NCBI GenBank assembly: GCA_030704615.1
Contig: CM060733.1
Location: forward strand, 24,118,001-24,182,000
DNA length: 64,000 bases
Source of the DNA: Takakia lepidozioides
Lineage: Eukaryota > Plantae > Bryophyta
Direction of reading: 5' to 3'
The notes beneath the pieces are model-generated. The model ran no database searches and was not told the DNA's origin. It saw only the letters and a list, made by a program, of their open reading frames with translations. The translations under genes were made by a program, and so were the position numbers. Within the stretch, counting starts at the first letter, position 1. Every line of letters starts with the position of its first letter. Below are positions 24,290 through 38,313 of this stretch, piece after piece.

Positions 24290-24880
24290 CAAACATAACA
24301 TCATATGGAAAGTTCTACAGTGTAAAACAATTTTGGCCATACATTCCTACCACAAGAGGCAAGTGGTTATCCAACAAAGAACATAACTTGTTCTTCAAGA
24401 AGGATAAGGACGAGAAACATCGTTTGTCTTCAACGCTCCCCAAGCCATGAACAATTGCGATCTCTGCAAGCCTCAAGTATTCCTGGATTGAGTGTGTGAG
24501 CACTCCGGATGCACTTCTGGTTCTCCGGAGTCAGGTAAGAGGATTAAGGTCGAATGGTGGCTTCATGGAAGCTTTGGCATTGCTTTGCATGCACATTTCA
24601 TACATGCCTTGTTGAGCATCGAGATTCCACCGATCAAGTAATCCAGTGAGTGACACCTCTTTGTCACCAAACTTAATTATGCGAGGCTCACAGTAGTCAG
24701 ACTTGAGGATCCAAGCGTTTAGGGAAACTTTTCTCACACCCACTTTGCATCCAAAATTGAGGATAGATGACGCCAAGGGCATCAAGCACAGACCATTCAA
24801 TCCTCTAGTCCGGCAATGAGTTGAGCCGCCGCACCTATCACAAGCCATGTGACTCTTATAAAAAGATATACAAACTTGCA
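24290..24880 (-). mobile_element. hAT transposase remnant (C-terminal dimerisation region)
   Basis: Reads PPFDLNPLT...EYLRLAEIAIVHGLGSVEDKRCFSSLSFLKNKL...HLPLVVGMY, matching the hAT SVxxERxFS pattern. Frameshifted. Confidence 0.75.
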
Positions 24881-25449
24881 CCTATCATAATCCCAGCTGT
24901 GACTTTCACATAATAATTAAAAGGTTCACAATGCATCAAAAACAGTATAGTTGTAGAACAATAGCGGTTCACAATTTTATGGATTAGTCACTTACTTTAG
25001 CACTCCAATTTGACTTTTGCAACAAGGGCATGAAAAAAGTCTCGTGTTACACCCCGCTCCTCACTAGACTCTGCATCAACATGAACAACCCACATTTTCT
25101 CTTCGTTTACCATGAAGGCAAGCTACTCGGTATTGTCATTGAGGTCTGCCACCCACTTGAGGTGTATCTGCTCATGGCTGCAATCCAGCAAGCCTTTAAA
25201 AGCCCAAAACTCATCATTGGAGAAGCAAGTGGATCGGTCATTATACAATGTGTAAAGCTGCCCTTGGCAAACTTTTATAGCTGCATAAAATACAATCACA
25301 CGTCTCTATGTTGTGCAAACTGCAACAAATAATCAATGTACTCTAGCAGCGGCAAGATGCAGCACATGCCAGGCAGGCAGTAGGGGACTTGCGAAATGAG
25401 TAGAAGTGCCTGCAATAAAATGTAGAATCAAAATATTAGCACACGAGGC

Positions 25450-25780
25450 GGAGTTACAGTTGCACGGGGCATGGGTTACAGGGATGATGGGGTTACACGA
25501 GGAACTGGAGTTACACGGAGCGGGGTACATGGGGGTGAGAAATACATGGAGTGGGGGTTACATTGGAGTTACACGGTGAGGGTTACATGTGGTGGGGGTT
25601 ACATGGGATTACATGATGGGAGGTTTGCATGATGCGGGGTTACATGGAGTGAGGGTTACATGGAACTGGAGTTACACGGGAGGATTACATGGGGGTGAGG
25701 GTTACACTCGGCGGAGTTACAGGGGCTGACGGGCAGGGGGTTACATGGGCGTGGGTTACAGGGATGATGGGGTTACAGGG
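25450..25780. repeat. G-rich degenerate repeat of GGGTTACA/GGAGTTACA
   Basis: More than 15 copies of (G/A)GTTACA separated by short G-rich spacers. Confidence 0.85.
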
Positions 25781-27996
25781 AACTGGCGGACTGGTGGAAG
25801 CGGCGGACTGGTGTCGCAGGACAACGACGCCGATAGGATGAGAGTGGGGGTGGGGAGGGTTTGACCGAGCCCTGCCGGCTTGCTTTCGATGGTTGCCAGA
25901 GGCGGAGAACCGGCGGTACGGGGTGCCAGAAAGGGACTGTCCTGACGCACTCACATTAAGTTCTTACATTATTCCTATTATCTCCCCATCTTGGATGTGT
26001 AAATTTTTTCAAATTAGGCAACTATAAATAATGATCACAAAATGAAACATAAAAATATAAAAATACAGCCGCTGCTATGGATGAAAATTGAAAATTGAAA
26101 ATTGAGTCCATGGATGACGTTTTAAATGAAAACTCAACCACTTCCATGGATGAAAATTGAAAAACTGAGTCCATGGATGACGTCTAAATGAATATCATTT
26201 TAAGTGGATATCATTTTTAGATTTTTTTCCATTATTTTTTTTTTCTAATTTAAATTCAAGTTTTTATACCATAGGCACTTTTAGAGAAATTTTTGAAAAT
26301 TAGGCACTCTTTAAAGATAATTTTCTTAAATTAGGCACTCTTGTCAAAAATAATTTATTTTGATTAGGCACTTTTTTTTCGAATTAATTTCTGCCTAACC
26401 GGCTATCCCACTACAGTACCTCTGGGTACTGAACCTCCAGCTAACTCCAACCACTCTTCCTCACAATGGGACTTTCTAAAAAGCTCCCGTCATGGACCCC
26501 TTCTTTCCTGGCCACCTCAAATGCTAAAGCACCATCCACCAGTTTCCACGTGGGTTCCACCCTGCCATGAACCTCATTTGTCGCCATAGCTTTGTGGAGA
26601 ATCCTACTGGTTTGAAGCTTCATGTCCAGCAAGTCATGCAGAGGTCTGGAGATGATTCCCAGGCAGCCAGTGTGGTCCAGCGATTCCATCACAATGGCTG
26701 CAATAAATTAGAAGTTTAATGGGCCCTTAGGAAGGCCGTGAGTTTTGTTTTCTTGAATTCTGCCCGTTCTTGGTTTACACAAAAAGACCTCCTACTTGCG
26801 CGATAAAAAAAAGTACACCTTGGCACTAACAGTGGCACGTTGGCTGATCGCCAGGGAAAAGAGTGTCTCCATTCTGCGTTTTTGGACCTTCGAAGCGGAA
26901 GTGCTACATGCGATTGTCACGTAGGCTTTGGGTTTCGTGCCATCATTGTCAAGTTTCCCTCGTTTTCGCGCCATCGCGGCAAGCTCTCAGTTGCATGCTC
27001 AGCCTCACGTGCGCATCAACTCTAGGCGCTCTTGAGACGTTCATCGCATCTTGCGGGGGCACTCGGGAGGAGGGCGTTGTTCGCCAGGCTTTCCAGCTTC
27101 TCCATGCGAGGCGCCATCTAGGCCCTCGCACGTCTCTCTCTGGCGCTCCACAGGTAGCGGACTACCCCTTATCCTACGAACAGGGGCTGCCGACAGTTGC
27201 ATGCAGTGAGTACAGGCATTGTTGAGAAACTTAATGTGCTCTACCTATTACGACTTCACATTCTGCTCTCTACCTTTCACTGGAGAGGGACGTGTGCGGT
27301 AGGGGCTTGGACTCAAGCAACGAGCTCTCAGTGCCATTCTCTGGGCACCATCTTGAAGCGAGTCTGCTCGGGAACGGGTTGTCTCTTTGTACTTGTGCAG
27401 ATCTATGCAGCTGTGCGTCCTGAAGATTTGTGACCGTCCCGGCGGACGTCTCTCTTGCATGCGGTGCTTCGAGTGGTGACTCTGGGGCAGTGCAGGTGTA
27501 TCTTGTCGTTATGCATGTGCGGCAGATCGATCTGACAAGCATGGTGTAATGCGTTGTGCAATGAACATATAAGAGATATTTGTACTCATAAGACTTTGTT
27601 TTCTGTACTCATATGAGAGAAAGATGTATGTTTGTTTACTTTGTTTTCTGGCATACTTTGTTTTCTGTACTTCTGTTTTCTGTACATATGAGAGAAAGAT
27701 GTACTCATGAGGCTTTGTTTTCTGTAGCCTATGAGGGAGAGAGAAACTGAGAGAGGGAGAGAGAGAGAGATGGGGGTTTGAGAGATGAATGTGGGGTCTA
27801 GCCATGGCTCAATGAAGGTAAGAGGAGGGCAGAGAGAAGCATCTACGTGGGGCTGCTGCTCGCACCACCAGAGCTATTGTCAAGGCCTTTTTCCGTGACT
27901 TTCGTGACTCCGTGATTTCCATGAAGGTTTAAAGGTATGTGCAAATCTCTCTTCTCCTTTGTTTGTGGCACCCATCAATGTTTTAACCTCTGCACC

Positions 27997-28300
27997 CACT
28001 ACAAGAGATGAGCGTTTTTAGGACTACGGCTTTGGCGGAGTCATAAAAATTGCACTAGGTACATGACTACAGAGCGTTGAAATGCATTACAGTTTTAGTT
28101 TTATGACTTTGTAGTAATGGATATCACTACATGACTCCGGAAAGTTAGGGAGCATTGGTCAAACATTGTTGACCATGATGACAGGGATGGTTTATATGAC
28201 TAGTGTGATATGTTTGACTACACATGGACGACGTTTCATGGAATCTTCTGACTCCATGACTGAAGATGGTTTCAGAGCTCTATTTATACGACTACATCAC
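27997..28300. mobile_element. CACTA terminus: TIR CACTACAAGA plus subterminal ATGACT-like repeats
   Basis: CACTACAAGA at 27997-28006 is followed by about 10 (A/T/C)TGACT(A/C/T) motifs and lies downstream of a CACTA transposase. The partner TIR was not found. Confidence 0.75.
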
Positions 28301-30722
28301 TACACGTGTCATTTTGAAGGCACATATAATGCAAATAAGGTTGCCTATTAGGTTTAAAAAAGTTAAAAAAATGCTAATAAGGTTGTCCATTAGTGTAATC
28401 GTGAACAGAAAGGAGGGCTGGGACTTGGCGTTTTTTTGTCTCCTGCGCCACACCACATAGCTGAGGGATGGAACGCGATGATAGCAGGATATGCAGGGGC
28501 GTGGGATGGAGGCGTTGAGCAAATGATGCACGAAGGAGAAGAGGAGGAGGAGACGAGACGAGGAAAAGCGAGCTCGCCGTTCTTGGGAGAGTCAGCTTGG
28601 TCTTAGCAAGCGTGTTTCAATCTCTGACTACTCATCTACGCCGTAGTGGTTCGATCTCACAGACCAATCCGACATTACCTGACTACAGACACCTGCAGCA
28701 CACACAAGAGGTCATCGGTCAAATCCTCCATGGGTCAGGACAGGTCAAGGACAATGTGGTAGGGCACCTTCTTCTTCAACCTATTCCAGCCTGTGTTGCC
28801 CTCTCATCAGACTCGGCCGCAAGATGCATATTGAATTCTGTAAGTTAGTCGTTGGGTAGATCTCTGGTGGTTTGGAGTGACTTTGGTAAGTTACTGCCAG
28901 TGTGGCAGCAGGGAAGTATCCAAAAACATATAATAGAGGTGAGGAGAAGCTTTGGGGTGAACACTTTCCGACCCCAATGGTGGGACAATGGAGACAAAAA
29001 GGCGAATGCCTGTTGGACTACAGAGAGAAGCAGATGCATTTCAGATTGTGATAAGTAGGGTTGGGGTGTTTTGGGGAAGAACTCCACACCAGTATGGTTG
29101 GGGTGTTTGCTGGTAGAATTGTAGGCTGTCAGAGGCATGGATAGCTGAAGGAGCAGGGATAGAGTGTGGGGTCCAGATTCATCCAAGAGGCTGGATTTCA
29201 AGCTCCACATTACCTATGATTCCTTGTGGAAGGATAGTTACAAGAAACCTACATGGGTAGATGGTCAACTGGAAGCGGCATGCTGTACTATATGTCATTA
29301 CTGTACTATATGTCATTCCAGAGACTGTCATTGTTGGTCCATGTGTTTTACAACAATGCTATCAATATAAGACTTCTGGTTCGCATTGGAAGCTCAATCC
29401 CTGTAAGTTCATTGTGTGTGAAGCTCAAACTTGTGATTTGAAGGATCTTGTAGCCAAGTTCATTCAACCGGAAAGGAAAAATTCTGAAAGCTCCCAAATT
29501 TGATGTGGGCAAGCTTATGGAGGTAAGACTTAGCTTCCCTCCTCTAATGTAAGTGTTGGATAAGTTTCATTTAGTGTCGACCTTCACTGCATATTGGCTC
29601 TTTTTTGGCTGGTTTCATATTTTCTTGGCTGGTATGCTGTTGGTTGGCTTCTTTCATTTCACGTGTGTAGTAGAAGGGGAGAAGTACTTTCCTAAGTTCT
29701 GCTGCAACAATGTCTTTTTCCAGCCTAGATGTTTTCGATGGATACAAATTGAAGTGCTTTGAATGTTGCTGCAATACTATAATAAAGTGGAGGGTGCTGA
29801 ATGCAGTTGGCCTTGCTTCGTGCAGGCATAATCCAGGGAAATGTGGACATAGCTGAAACCCCATGATAGCATTTCCAGAGGACGGTGTGGATGGCCTCAC
29901 AATCCAGCATGCAAAATCCATGACAATGTGGAGATGGCTGAATGGGCAAACAGGTTAAGTGGCGAACAAGCCACGTCACTGGTACATAGTTGCATGCTTA
30001 CATAGTACATGAAAGCGTACTATATGTCATTCCCGAAATTGACCATGTTGGTCCATGTATTTTACAACAATGCTATCAATAAAAGACCAATGGTTCGCAT
30101 TGGAAACTCTATCCCCGTAAGTGGCTTGTGCGTGATACTCAAACTTGTGATTTGAAGGATCTTATACCCCAGTTCATTGCAGAGGTGATTGGAAAAGACA
30201 TTGAGAAGGCAACAGCCGTTATCTATAATCTACAGATCCCCTTCAATTTGATGTGGGAAAGCCGGCTGGCTGGAGGTCTAGTCTCACTTTCACTCATCTA
30301 ATGTCAGTGTTGTATCCATTGCAATGTGGAGATGTTTGAAACAACATTGGAGCATTTCCAGAGGATGGTCTGGATGGCCTTTCGTGGCGTGTGCCGAATC
30401 CATGGCAAGAAAACATTGCAGGCAGAACCCATGGCAATGGTACCAGCACGGGTTGGTCCAAAGCCAATTGCAACAACAAATGAATAAAGGGTGTTGAAAG
30501 GAAGCACTCCATAATTGATCATAAAATCCAGTGTCCAAGCATGATATCTTAATGGGAATGCAAAGGGAGTGTTACCACCTTAAACTATCATGCATGGTCT
30601 ATAACTGGAGTGCACAAAATCGCGCATATCTAATCTTCATCATCCTCATCTATGTCTGGGTCACTACATGTATCACTGTCTTCATCACAGACTTGATCTT
30701 GTCCAAGGGTGGCTGAACATCA

Positions 30723-33700
30723 TCACCACGTATACGGGGTGCTCGGAGGTACAAGGAGGCCACCTGCTCTGAAGTAACCGGTTACCGCTCGGCTGCATGT
30801 TGGGCCATCAGTAACCAGAGTCTCCTCTAGTCTTTGTGGGGCTAACAATCCTTCCACTTCCGCCACATCATCATTATCAATTGATATGTCGCAGACCACT
30901 CTACGTGCTCGGGGGCTCTTCTCCAGGACGACTTTCCACCCCGGCTCCTTCACACAATCAGAAAAAAACACTTGATCAACCTGGCCAGGAAACACAAAAG
31001 GTTGCTCAGAAGGTGGAAGCATACGGTTAAAATTGACAAGTGTGAAGCCAGCATCATCCTGCTTCATTGACATAGGTTGACGACCCATGCGACTCGCCCG
31101 TACCCACACACAAAAACACTATAGGTTTGTGTTTGGCCATAGTCAATTTGCAAAATCTCCCTTATAAGACCCACATATCTTGTAGGTTTCTCCATGTCAT
31201 TGCCTGAATTGTTGGTAATGGGCTGGTGCTGGAAAACAGATGAGACTCCACAATCAAAACACCATACTTGTTGTGTTCATGCCGGGGGATGTAACCCTGT
31301 AATGGTTACCATACGTTGTCATACTCTTGAATGACAGGGCAGTAAATGATGGAGGCCTTGAAAGATCCAGTAATTCCTCACGTGTTGTAGGATCAAGCCC
31401 ATTTGATTGAATTGAGAGATGATCCCGTACACCTTGAGGGAGCCAAACAGCAAATGGAGGACAAGGATGCAAATCAGGAGGGTACTGAATTGCCGTGGGA
31501 TTGCTCATGCCTTCCAGCCCTTGCTCCTCACGAAACAAGCGTCGTCTGGCTTCTATCCGTGTGGACTCTGCTTCATATATCATGTCACAATCCGAGGGTC
31601 AGCCAGGAGATTGACAGAGGTGGCGTGGGAGATTTGAAAAGACGCCATATGCCAACTAATGATAAATGACTAAAACTTGGAAATCTGAATGTCAATGAAG
31701 TAGATTTCTTACCCCAACATGACTGACAAACGAGGATGGTTCTGAATGATGTACTCATGTACAATATCACACAGGTCATTCAATTTTCGGGCTTTAGAAC
31801 TTCCTTCCACAACTTCACGTTCCACAAATTCCGCCTCATCTGCATCCCACACCCTTCGTACACTTCCATCAAATCCTGCCATATACTCTGTGCAAAAACC
31901 CAATGCTTCTTCAATTTAGTATCCTTCTGCCATGCTCCCCTCGGGCCTTGCCATGTTTCTTACTTAGCCCTTCATATCTTTCATTGCCCGCTCCATGGGG
32001 TACATCCAACGAGATGCTACGGGCCCGCAAAAGTACAACTCATCCACTAGGTGAATAACCAGATGTGTCATCACATCAAAAAATGATGGTGGGAACTCCT
32101 TCTCTATAAGACAGAGAGAAAGAACTGCTTCAGTTCTCAATTCCTCATATTCTACAGGATTCACCACTTTTGCACACAACTTCTTAAATACACGACATAC
32201 TCGCAAAATGGTCCTTCAAGGACCACTTGGCATGAGCCCACGGATAGCAAGCGGTATAATTTGCTGCATGAGCACATGATAGTCATGTGATTTCATGCCA
32301 GACAACTTCTTCTTCACCACATGCTTTTTGAAAGCTGATGCGTAGCCTGTTGGCACTTTCAAGTTCTGCACAATCTCCAGAAAGACTTGTAACTCAGCCT
32401 CAGTGAGGACATAAGGGGTAGGAGGCATAATTAACGTATCTGCTCTGTCAGGATCACGTTGTAGCCACAATTCCGGGCGCATCCCAAGTAGCTCCAAATC
32501 ACGACGAACTTTCAATGTGTCTTTCTCTCCAAAGATAGTTTTAATAATATTTTCAGCCAAGTTCTTCTCGCAATGCATTGCGTCAAACGTGTGGCGGATG
32601 AGGAGACCCTACAAAATGAACACATAAGCAATTGAGCATTTACTCATCACAATTTAAACAGAAAACGCAAAAATGTACATAGCCAATTTAAAGGCCATGA
32701 AGGAATTACCTCCCAATAAGGTAAGACATATAAAATTAACAATCGCTTAACTCCATGAGTTTTTGCTGGGTCTGTCGTGCTATCTGGCGTCCCTCCGTTT
32801 TCCACCCATGCAGTGTGAGCTGTTGCAAGCTCCTTGATTTGTGTTCCAGTCTGCGTTTTTGGAGGAGTTCCATACTCAGTAGCGCCATTGAACATTCTTG
32901 ACCTTCTATATGGATGATTGCGGGCCAAAAATCAAATTTTCCACATGTGTGTAACTGCTGTGAAGTCACCCCGGGTCCACAAGCTGGACAACCAGCATAA
33001 CCTTTCGTCACTTGACCTGAGAGCAAGCCATATGCAGGGTAGTCATGGATTGACCACATCAACACTGCCCTTAGTGTGAATTCGCGTTGACCACGAGGAC
33101 GAGAAACATCATGAGCTGCAATCCCTCTCCATAGTTCCAGTAGCTCTTCCACTAGGGGCATCAGGTAAACATCTACGTTGTCCGAGGTAACAGACTCCTT
33201 ACCAGGAATCAGTAGCGCTAACATGACAAAGAACTTTTTGGTCATCAACCACGGAGGCAGATTGTAATTGACCAAGAGAACGGGCCATGTGCTCCAACTT
33301 GTGGATTGTGCTCCGTAGGGATTTACACCGTCTAAGGCCAATCCAAATCGCAAAGATCGTGGCTCTGCAGCAAAATCCTCAAATGTGGTGTCAATGTGTC
33401 TCCATGCTTTGCTATCAGCTGGATGTCGAACCAACCCATCCTGGCTCTTATGTCTGTCGTGCCATGTCATGAGGTTAGCGATCAATTTACATCGGTACAT
33501 ACGTTTCAACCTTAGAATGACAGGGAAGTGTCGCAATACTTTCTTGGGCACACTTCCACGACCTGGAATGTAACGGGAACTGCGGCACACTGGGCAAATG
33601 TTTACATTCTCATACTCCCCACGGAAGAGTACACAACCACGCTCACAGGCATGAATCATGGTGTACTGCAATCCCATCTTGGCAATCATGGTTTTTGCTT

Positions 33701-34068
33701 CATAGTGAGTTTTCGACAATGAATTCTTTTTAGGCAAAAAAACTCTTACGCAACAATCCCAGAAGCTCATCCACAAATGCATTGGTGCACTTGTGGGTAG
33801 TGCATGCATTCAGCAACGTCAAAGTTGCTTGCAGCCGGCTGATGGAGCACCCTTCAAAAAGTGGACATTGCGACTGTCGGAAGAGTTTATCATACTTGGG
33901 ATCAACGTGCAGGTGAGCATTCTCATCAAATTCATTGTCTTCGGAATCGTCGAGATCATCGTCATGATCGGCAAATGTGTGATCGGTTCCACCATGAATG
34001 GGGTCCTCTCTGTTTGCATCTGCAAAGAGAAACGCTTCGTGCAATGCACGCTGCATTTCTACCTCCAA
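30723..34068 (-). mobile_element. CACTA/EnSpm TnpD-type transposase (Transposase_21, DUF4218 and DUF4216-like), frameshifted
   Basis: Motifs IHACERGCVLFRG..CPVC, RHPADSKAW, GLALDGVNP, STWPVLLVNYNLPPW, SIHDYPAYG, MHCEKN, GMKSHDYH, FFDVMTHLVIHL, WMYPMER and EQPFVFPGQVDQVFF. Confidence 0.93.
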
Positions 34069-34069
34069 T

Positions 34070-34900
34070 CCACCACTCTTATCTGCGTTCTCTTCCCTTT
34101 GGAGGCAACTTTTACACCACCTTTAAACTTTTTGTAAACTGCATTGTAACCTGCTTGGGTGATCCCATTCCTGTCACACGTCTCCAAAATCTCACTGGGC
34201 CCAACCTGTTCATTGAGATATTGATTTGCCATTTTTGCACCTATGTGAATAAAAGTAGGCACATGCAACATCGAATCTACCTCTGTCCTTGATAGAATTT
34301 GAGCGAAGACTTTTCCCGATTCTTCTTGGGAACTTCTATCGCGACAAAGCCTCTTTTTGCTGTTTGATGCAGCGTTCTCTTATTGCACTTTTCGTGCAGT
34401 AGCTGGCATAATGATACTCCGCGCCAATCTTCTAAGCGCCTTGGCTTGTCCACCGTTTGGTGCAAGATTGTTCAGATCTTTCCTCTAGCGTATTTGGCTT
34501 CTAGGTCCATATGGGGTGTTGCGAACCTTACTCAGTTTTTGCTCCAAGCAAGTATAAGTTGCCCTAGACCTTGTGAGCTGCAACCTAAGGGATCTCAATT
34601 CGGACTTGTGGGAACTCGCAATCTGATCTAACTCCATCGCATGAATTGATTGTACAGCTTCTAATTGAGCTTCACAAACACCCTCCATTACACGGACTTC
34701 TTCTTTTTTATTTTGAACTTGTAACCGCAGACTATGTAGCTGACTCTCATATGAAGCTCTCATGTTGCTCATGTTGCTTTCCAGAGTAATGATCCGAGCA
34801 CTCAATGAATCAATCTCCACGCGGGAGGAACTTTCTACTTGAACTTGATCCCTCAATTTTTGAATCTCTACTGCGCTTTGCTGTTGTGCAGCTTCAAATA
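34070..34900 (-). pseudogene. Fragmented TE-associated ORF (coiled coil, then ILETCDRNGITQAGYNAVYK)
   Basis: Broken ORFs 34485-34856, 34277-34465 and 34059-34271 lie on the same strand directly upstream of the CACTA transposase. The family was not securely identified. Confidence 0.35.
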
Positions 34901-35426
34901 GAATTTGTCAATTTGCGGTCTCTACAGTGGTTGAGCAAACACTTTGAAGGTGTTTCACATAACCCAGAAAACCCTCCTCTCCATCTCCCACGAATTGAAG
35001 CAAATCTCTTATGGAACTCATGGTGGGACGTACTCCTGTAGCTGGGTTGTCGTGCGTATACATATCGCTACACAACTACATCGCTGTCCAAACCACACAC
35101 AATATGTGCACACCAAACACTAGTCTATCACTAGTGCACCACTAGTGCACCACTAGTCCAACACTAGGCTGCCATTAGCCACCACTAGTGCAGCCATTAG
35201 TCCATCACAATAGATAAAGAAGAAGAATACAAGCACGAGCTCATGCGAGCTCACAAAGCTGAAGCATAAACTCATGCATATATAAACTCATCACTCAAAT
35301 ACAAGTCAAGCCAAGTGCACCCCACGCCATGGGGAATCCACACTACGGCTCCATAGCTAGGCGCGGTGAGGCTCAACTCGAAAAAGATGAGCCCACCGCG
35401 ATCTGCCGTGAAGATAACAACGCCAC

Positions 35427-35927
35427 GTGCCCAAACATGTATTGGCCCCTGGATTGACACTTGGTGATGCAGGGGACCAGGAAGACAGGGACATTAGAGT
35501 GGCAGAGAATGTGGTCGATGTTGCTGACACAGAGAGGAGTCTTATCCAAGATCAGATTGAGGCCTTGACAAATGGGGACAAAGGACTCGCCATCTATCCT
35601 ATGCCTATATGTCATCCTCAAGTGATCAAAGATAGTACGTCCATCAAGGATTTCCTGAAGGTCTCTCCTTGCCCTGTTTGCCACAAAGGTTTCCACTGTT
35701 GGGACATGGTGGTGGCATCTTGTAAGCACACTTACCATCCTGCTTGTATGGCATCCCATATGAAGACGTCAAACAGGTGTAGGGACTTCAGCTGTTCAGA
35801 GATCATGCATCCTGATTGGTGTTCTAGTTTTGGGTTTAGGATTCTTGACCCAGAGGTGCAGGCACTTGCGGAAAAGGAGGTTAGCTGCCCTTGTCAGTCC
35901 ACATGTTCAGGCAACAGGGAAGCGTAA
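35427..35927 (+). CDS. RING-H2 finger exon inside the TE island
   Basis: CPVC-x13-CKH-x2-H-x2-C-x10-C-x4-C fits a C3H2C3 RING. Gene boundaries are unclear. Confidence 0.7.
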   Translation: MPKHVLAPGLTLGDAGDQEDRDIRVAENVVDVADTERSLIQDQIEALTNGDKGLAIYPMPICHPQVIKDSTSIKDFLKVSPCPVCHKGFHCWDMVVASCKHTYHPACMASHMKTSNRCRDFSCSEIMHPDWCSSFGFRILDPEVQALAEKEVSCPCQSTCSGNREA

Positions 35928-38313
35928 ACGAGAACGAAAGAGATCTCGCAAGGCATTGAGTGCATAGTATGCAAAGAAGCCCACCACTAGGGCGGATTCT
36001 AAGGTATCAATTGACAAGGATATGGACAAGTGCCCAGGTGAAAGTACCCCCTCATCAAAGAGAGTTGTCGTGCACAAGCCCTTAGATACGAATGAAGACA
36101 ACGATCTGAGCCACCATGATAAGAGTAACTCAATCCCATGGGACGGTGTTGTGAAGGCCGCTCGGGGCCCTGTTGTGAAGTCACTGAACACCGTGAAGAC
36201 TCCTCCCAACTTGACCACTCGGGGGCCTGTTGTCAAGTCCCTTAATACTGTCAAGACCCCACCTAACTTGAAGATGGATGCAGGTTCTTCTGGTGCAGGC
36301 CCTAAGAAGAAGAAAAGAAAACATATCAACTAGGTACAAGCTGAGTACTGTACACTTATGCTTTTATCACTAATGTTAGATAACTCTTGGTTGTTATTTT
36401 GCCAATTCATGCTCAAGTTTCTGATGCAATTTAACTAATCTATGCATGATATATAGGACATACATCTGGTATACGTCTAGTGCTGAATTATGAGACAGAA
36501 GTATAGTAAGATCTTGAGCATTGTGGGTGGCAATGCAGGGCATGTGATTAGCAGACCGCCCCTATGAGGACTTTACCACTCGCTGCTGTCATTGTGGGGA
36601 CAGGTCTCGTCTCTTCATCAGTACTTGTTCATTTATGACATGGCCACTTTGGGAGGCAGGCACCAAGCAAAGGCTAGTCTTCATCGATGGGGTAGGGGTT
36701 GATGCCACGATATGTCAATGTTGAGCAGTTTAGAACTGGCAGAGGATGTGTTAGTTGTTACCATTAGGTGCCCAGCCAAGTCACGTGATGTGGATTTGCC
36801 CTTGTGGTTTCTCGAGTAGCTCATAATGGACACATGACATGGATTGAGGGGCATGCACATTACTGTTCTTTGTTCATTTTCTGCTGATAGGTATGCTGTA
36901 CATGTTTGAGTAAGGCAGCAATATCATGACAGTGGTTTTGAAAACAATGCACTCTATTTTGCTATCTGTTTCTGATAGGAATTGCTAGAATACCTTCGTG
37001 CAGGCAGTCTACTACTGTCATTCATTCTATGTGAGAAAGATGGCTTTGAAAGGCCCGTTGCTTTTCCTGCCTGTGCTACAATTCTCTTACATGCGTGGGT
37101 TTAACAGAGTCTGCGCCTGAAATTTGACTAACTGGTGGATGGTATGGCTACATCCGGTTGCGTACCTCTATCCTCCTTTGCTTGACTCTGATAGTTCATT
37201 TACAAAACTGCAATCGGACACCAACAATACAAGTCTCCATCTCTCAATGGTAATTAGTCTAGCTCCTTGGTGAAGATCCCTGGTATGGCGGACCGCCTGG
37301 CCAACATACAACATTCCCATCATTCCCCTCTCTACAGGAGACAAGCTGGTTCTGTACCCCAAGTCAGGACACTAATCAACTCACTAAACAGAATATACCT
37401 CAGTAATGGCAGCTCTAATCAATCTACTACCTTCGCTCAATTGAGCACATAAATGTGATTTGTAGTGCTGCCTGCCTAATTCTTCAGAGAGTTTGATAGT
37501 ATCTCTCAACTTCATCCAAGCCCAAAAATTACTTGTGTGTATGATTTAATGCATGCAGTTCAATATGCAAGGATGGCTTAACTTTGAAGAGGGAATCAAG
37601 ACAGTATGATAGCAGGTCTGTTGCTATTCCACTTGATTGTCCCACTGTGTTTGGAAGGCTGTTAGCAACTCAGACTAGAATGGCGCCCGGCTTCAGCGTG
37701 TTGAGGATCATGTGCCTTGAGGAACATGTGCCTTATTTTTACAGCTATGATCTTCTCCACTTTCTTATCCAAAACGAGGGTGTGGAACTTTGAAAGGACC
37801 AGGAAGTATGACAAGTTGTAGGGTTTATGATGAGGTTTTGCCATATCTTCGTAGCTAGGCACCTTTGCCAACCAGTTGGTATGAGAAGGGGGGAGGACAA
37901 TAGATTGTGTGATCAGAGAGGAAGGCAGACACACTCCAAATAACAAGAAACCAATCACAGAAAGAAAACCAGACACATTAAATTGAAATTCCCCGCCTTG
38001 TGAAGTGATACACCACAGCACTAGTGCGGGAATTCTAGTCACCAGGCACATTCAATTGAACAGTAACAAATTTGGCCACAGCCACAGCCTCTTCAGCCAT
38101 AGCTTGCAAGATAGATTATAGATTATGAATTATAATCTGCGGCCAAATAACAAAGCTACATACATACAAATTCCAAAAACAATCTCTCAGCTCACAAGCA
38201 ACTTGTAATTCACATTGCTACATATTTGAGTTACATAACCCAAGGGAGAATTGGACCCCATCCCGATAAGGGAAGTTGCCCGTCAACCGTGGATTGGCCT
38301 GCAACATGCCATC

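Noticed and set aside
25450-25780. Interstitial telomeric repeat
   Set aside because: The motif is GGGTTACA with irregular spacers, not tandem TTTAGGG or TTAGGG.
37459-37467. TTTGTAGTG as the closing CACTA TIR
   Set aside because: The flank CTG does not match the ACC before 27997, and there are no subterminal repeats nearby.
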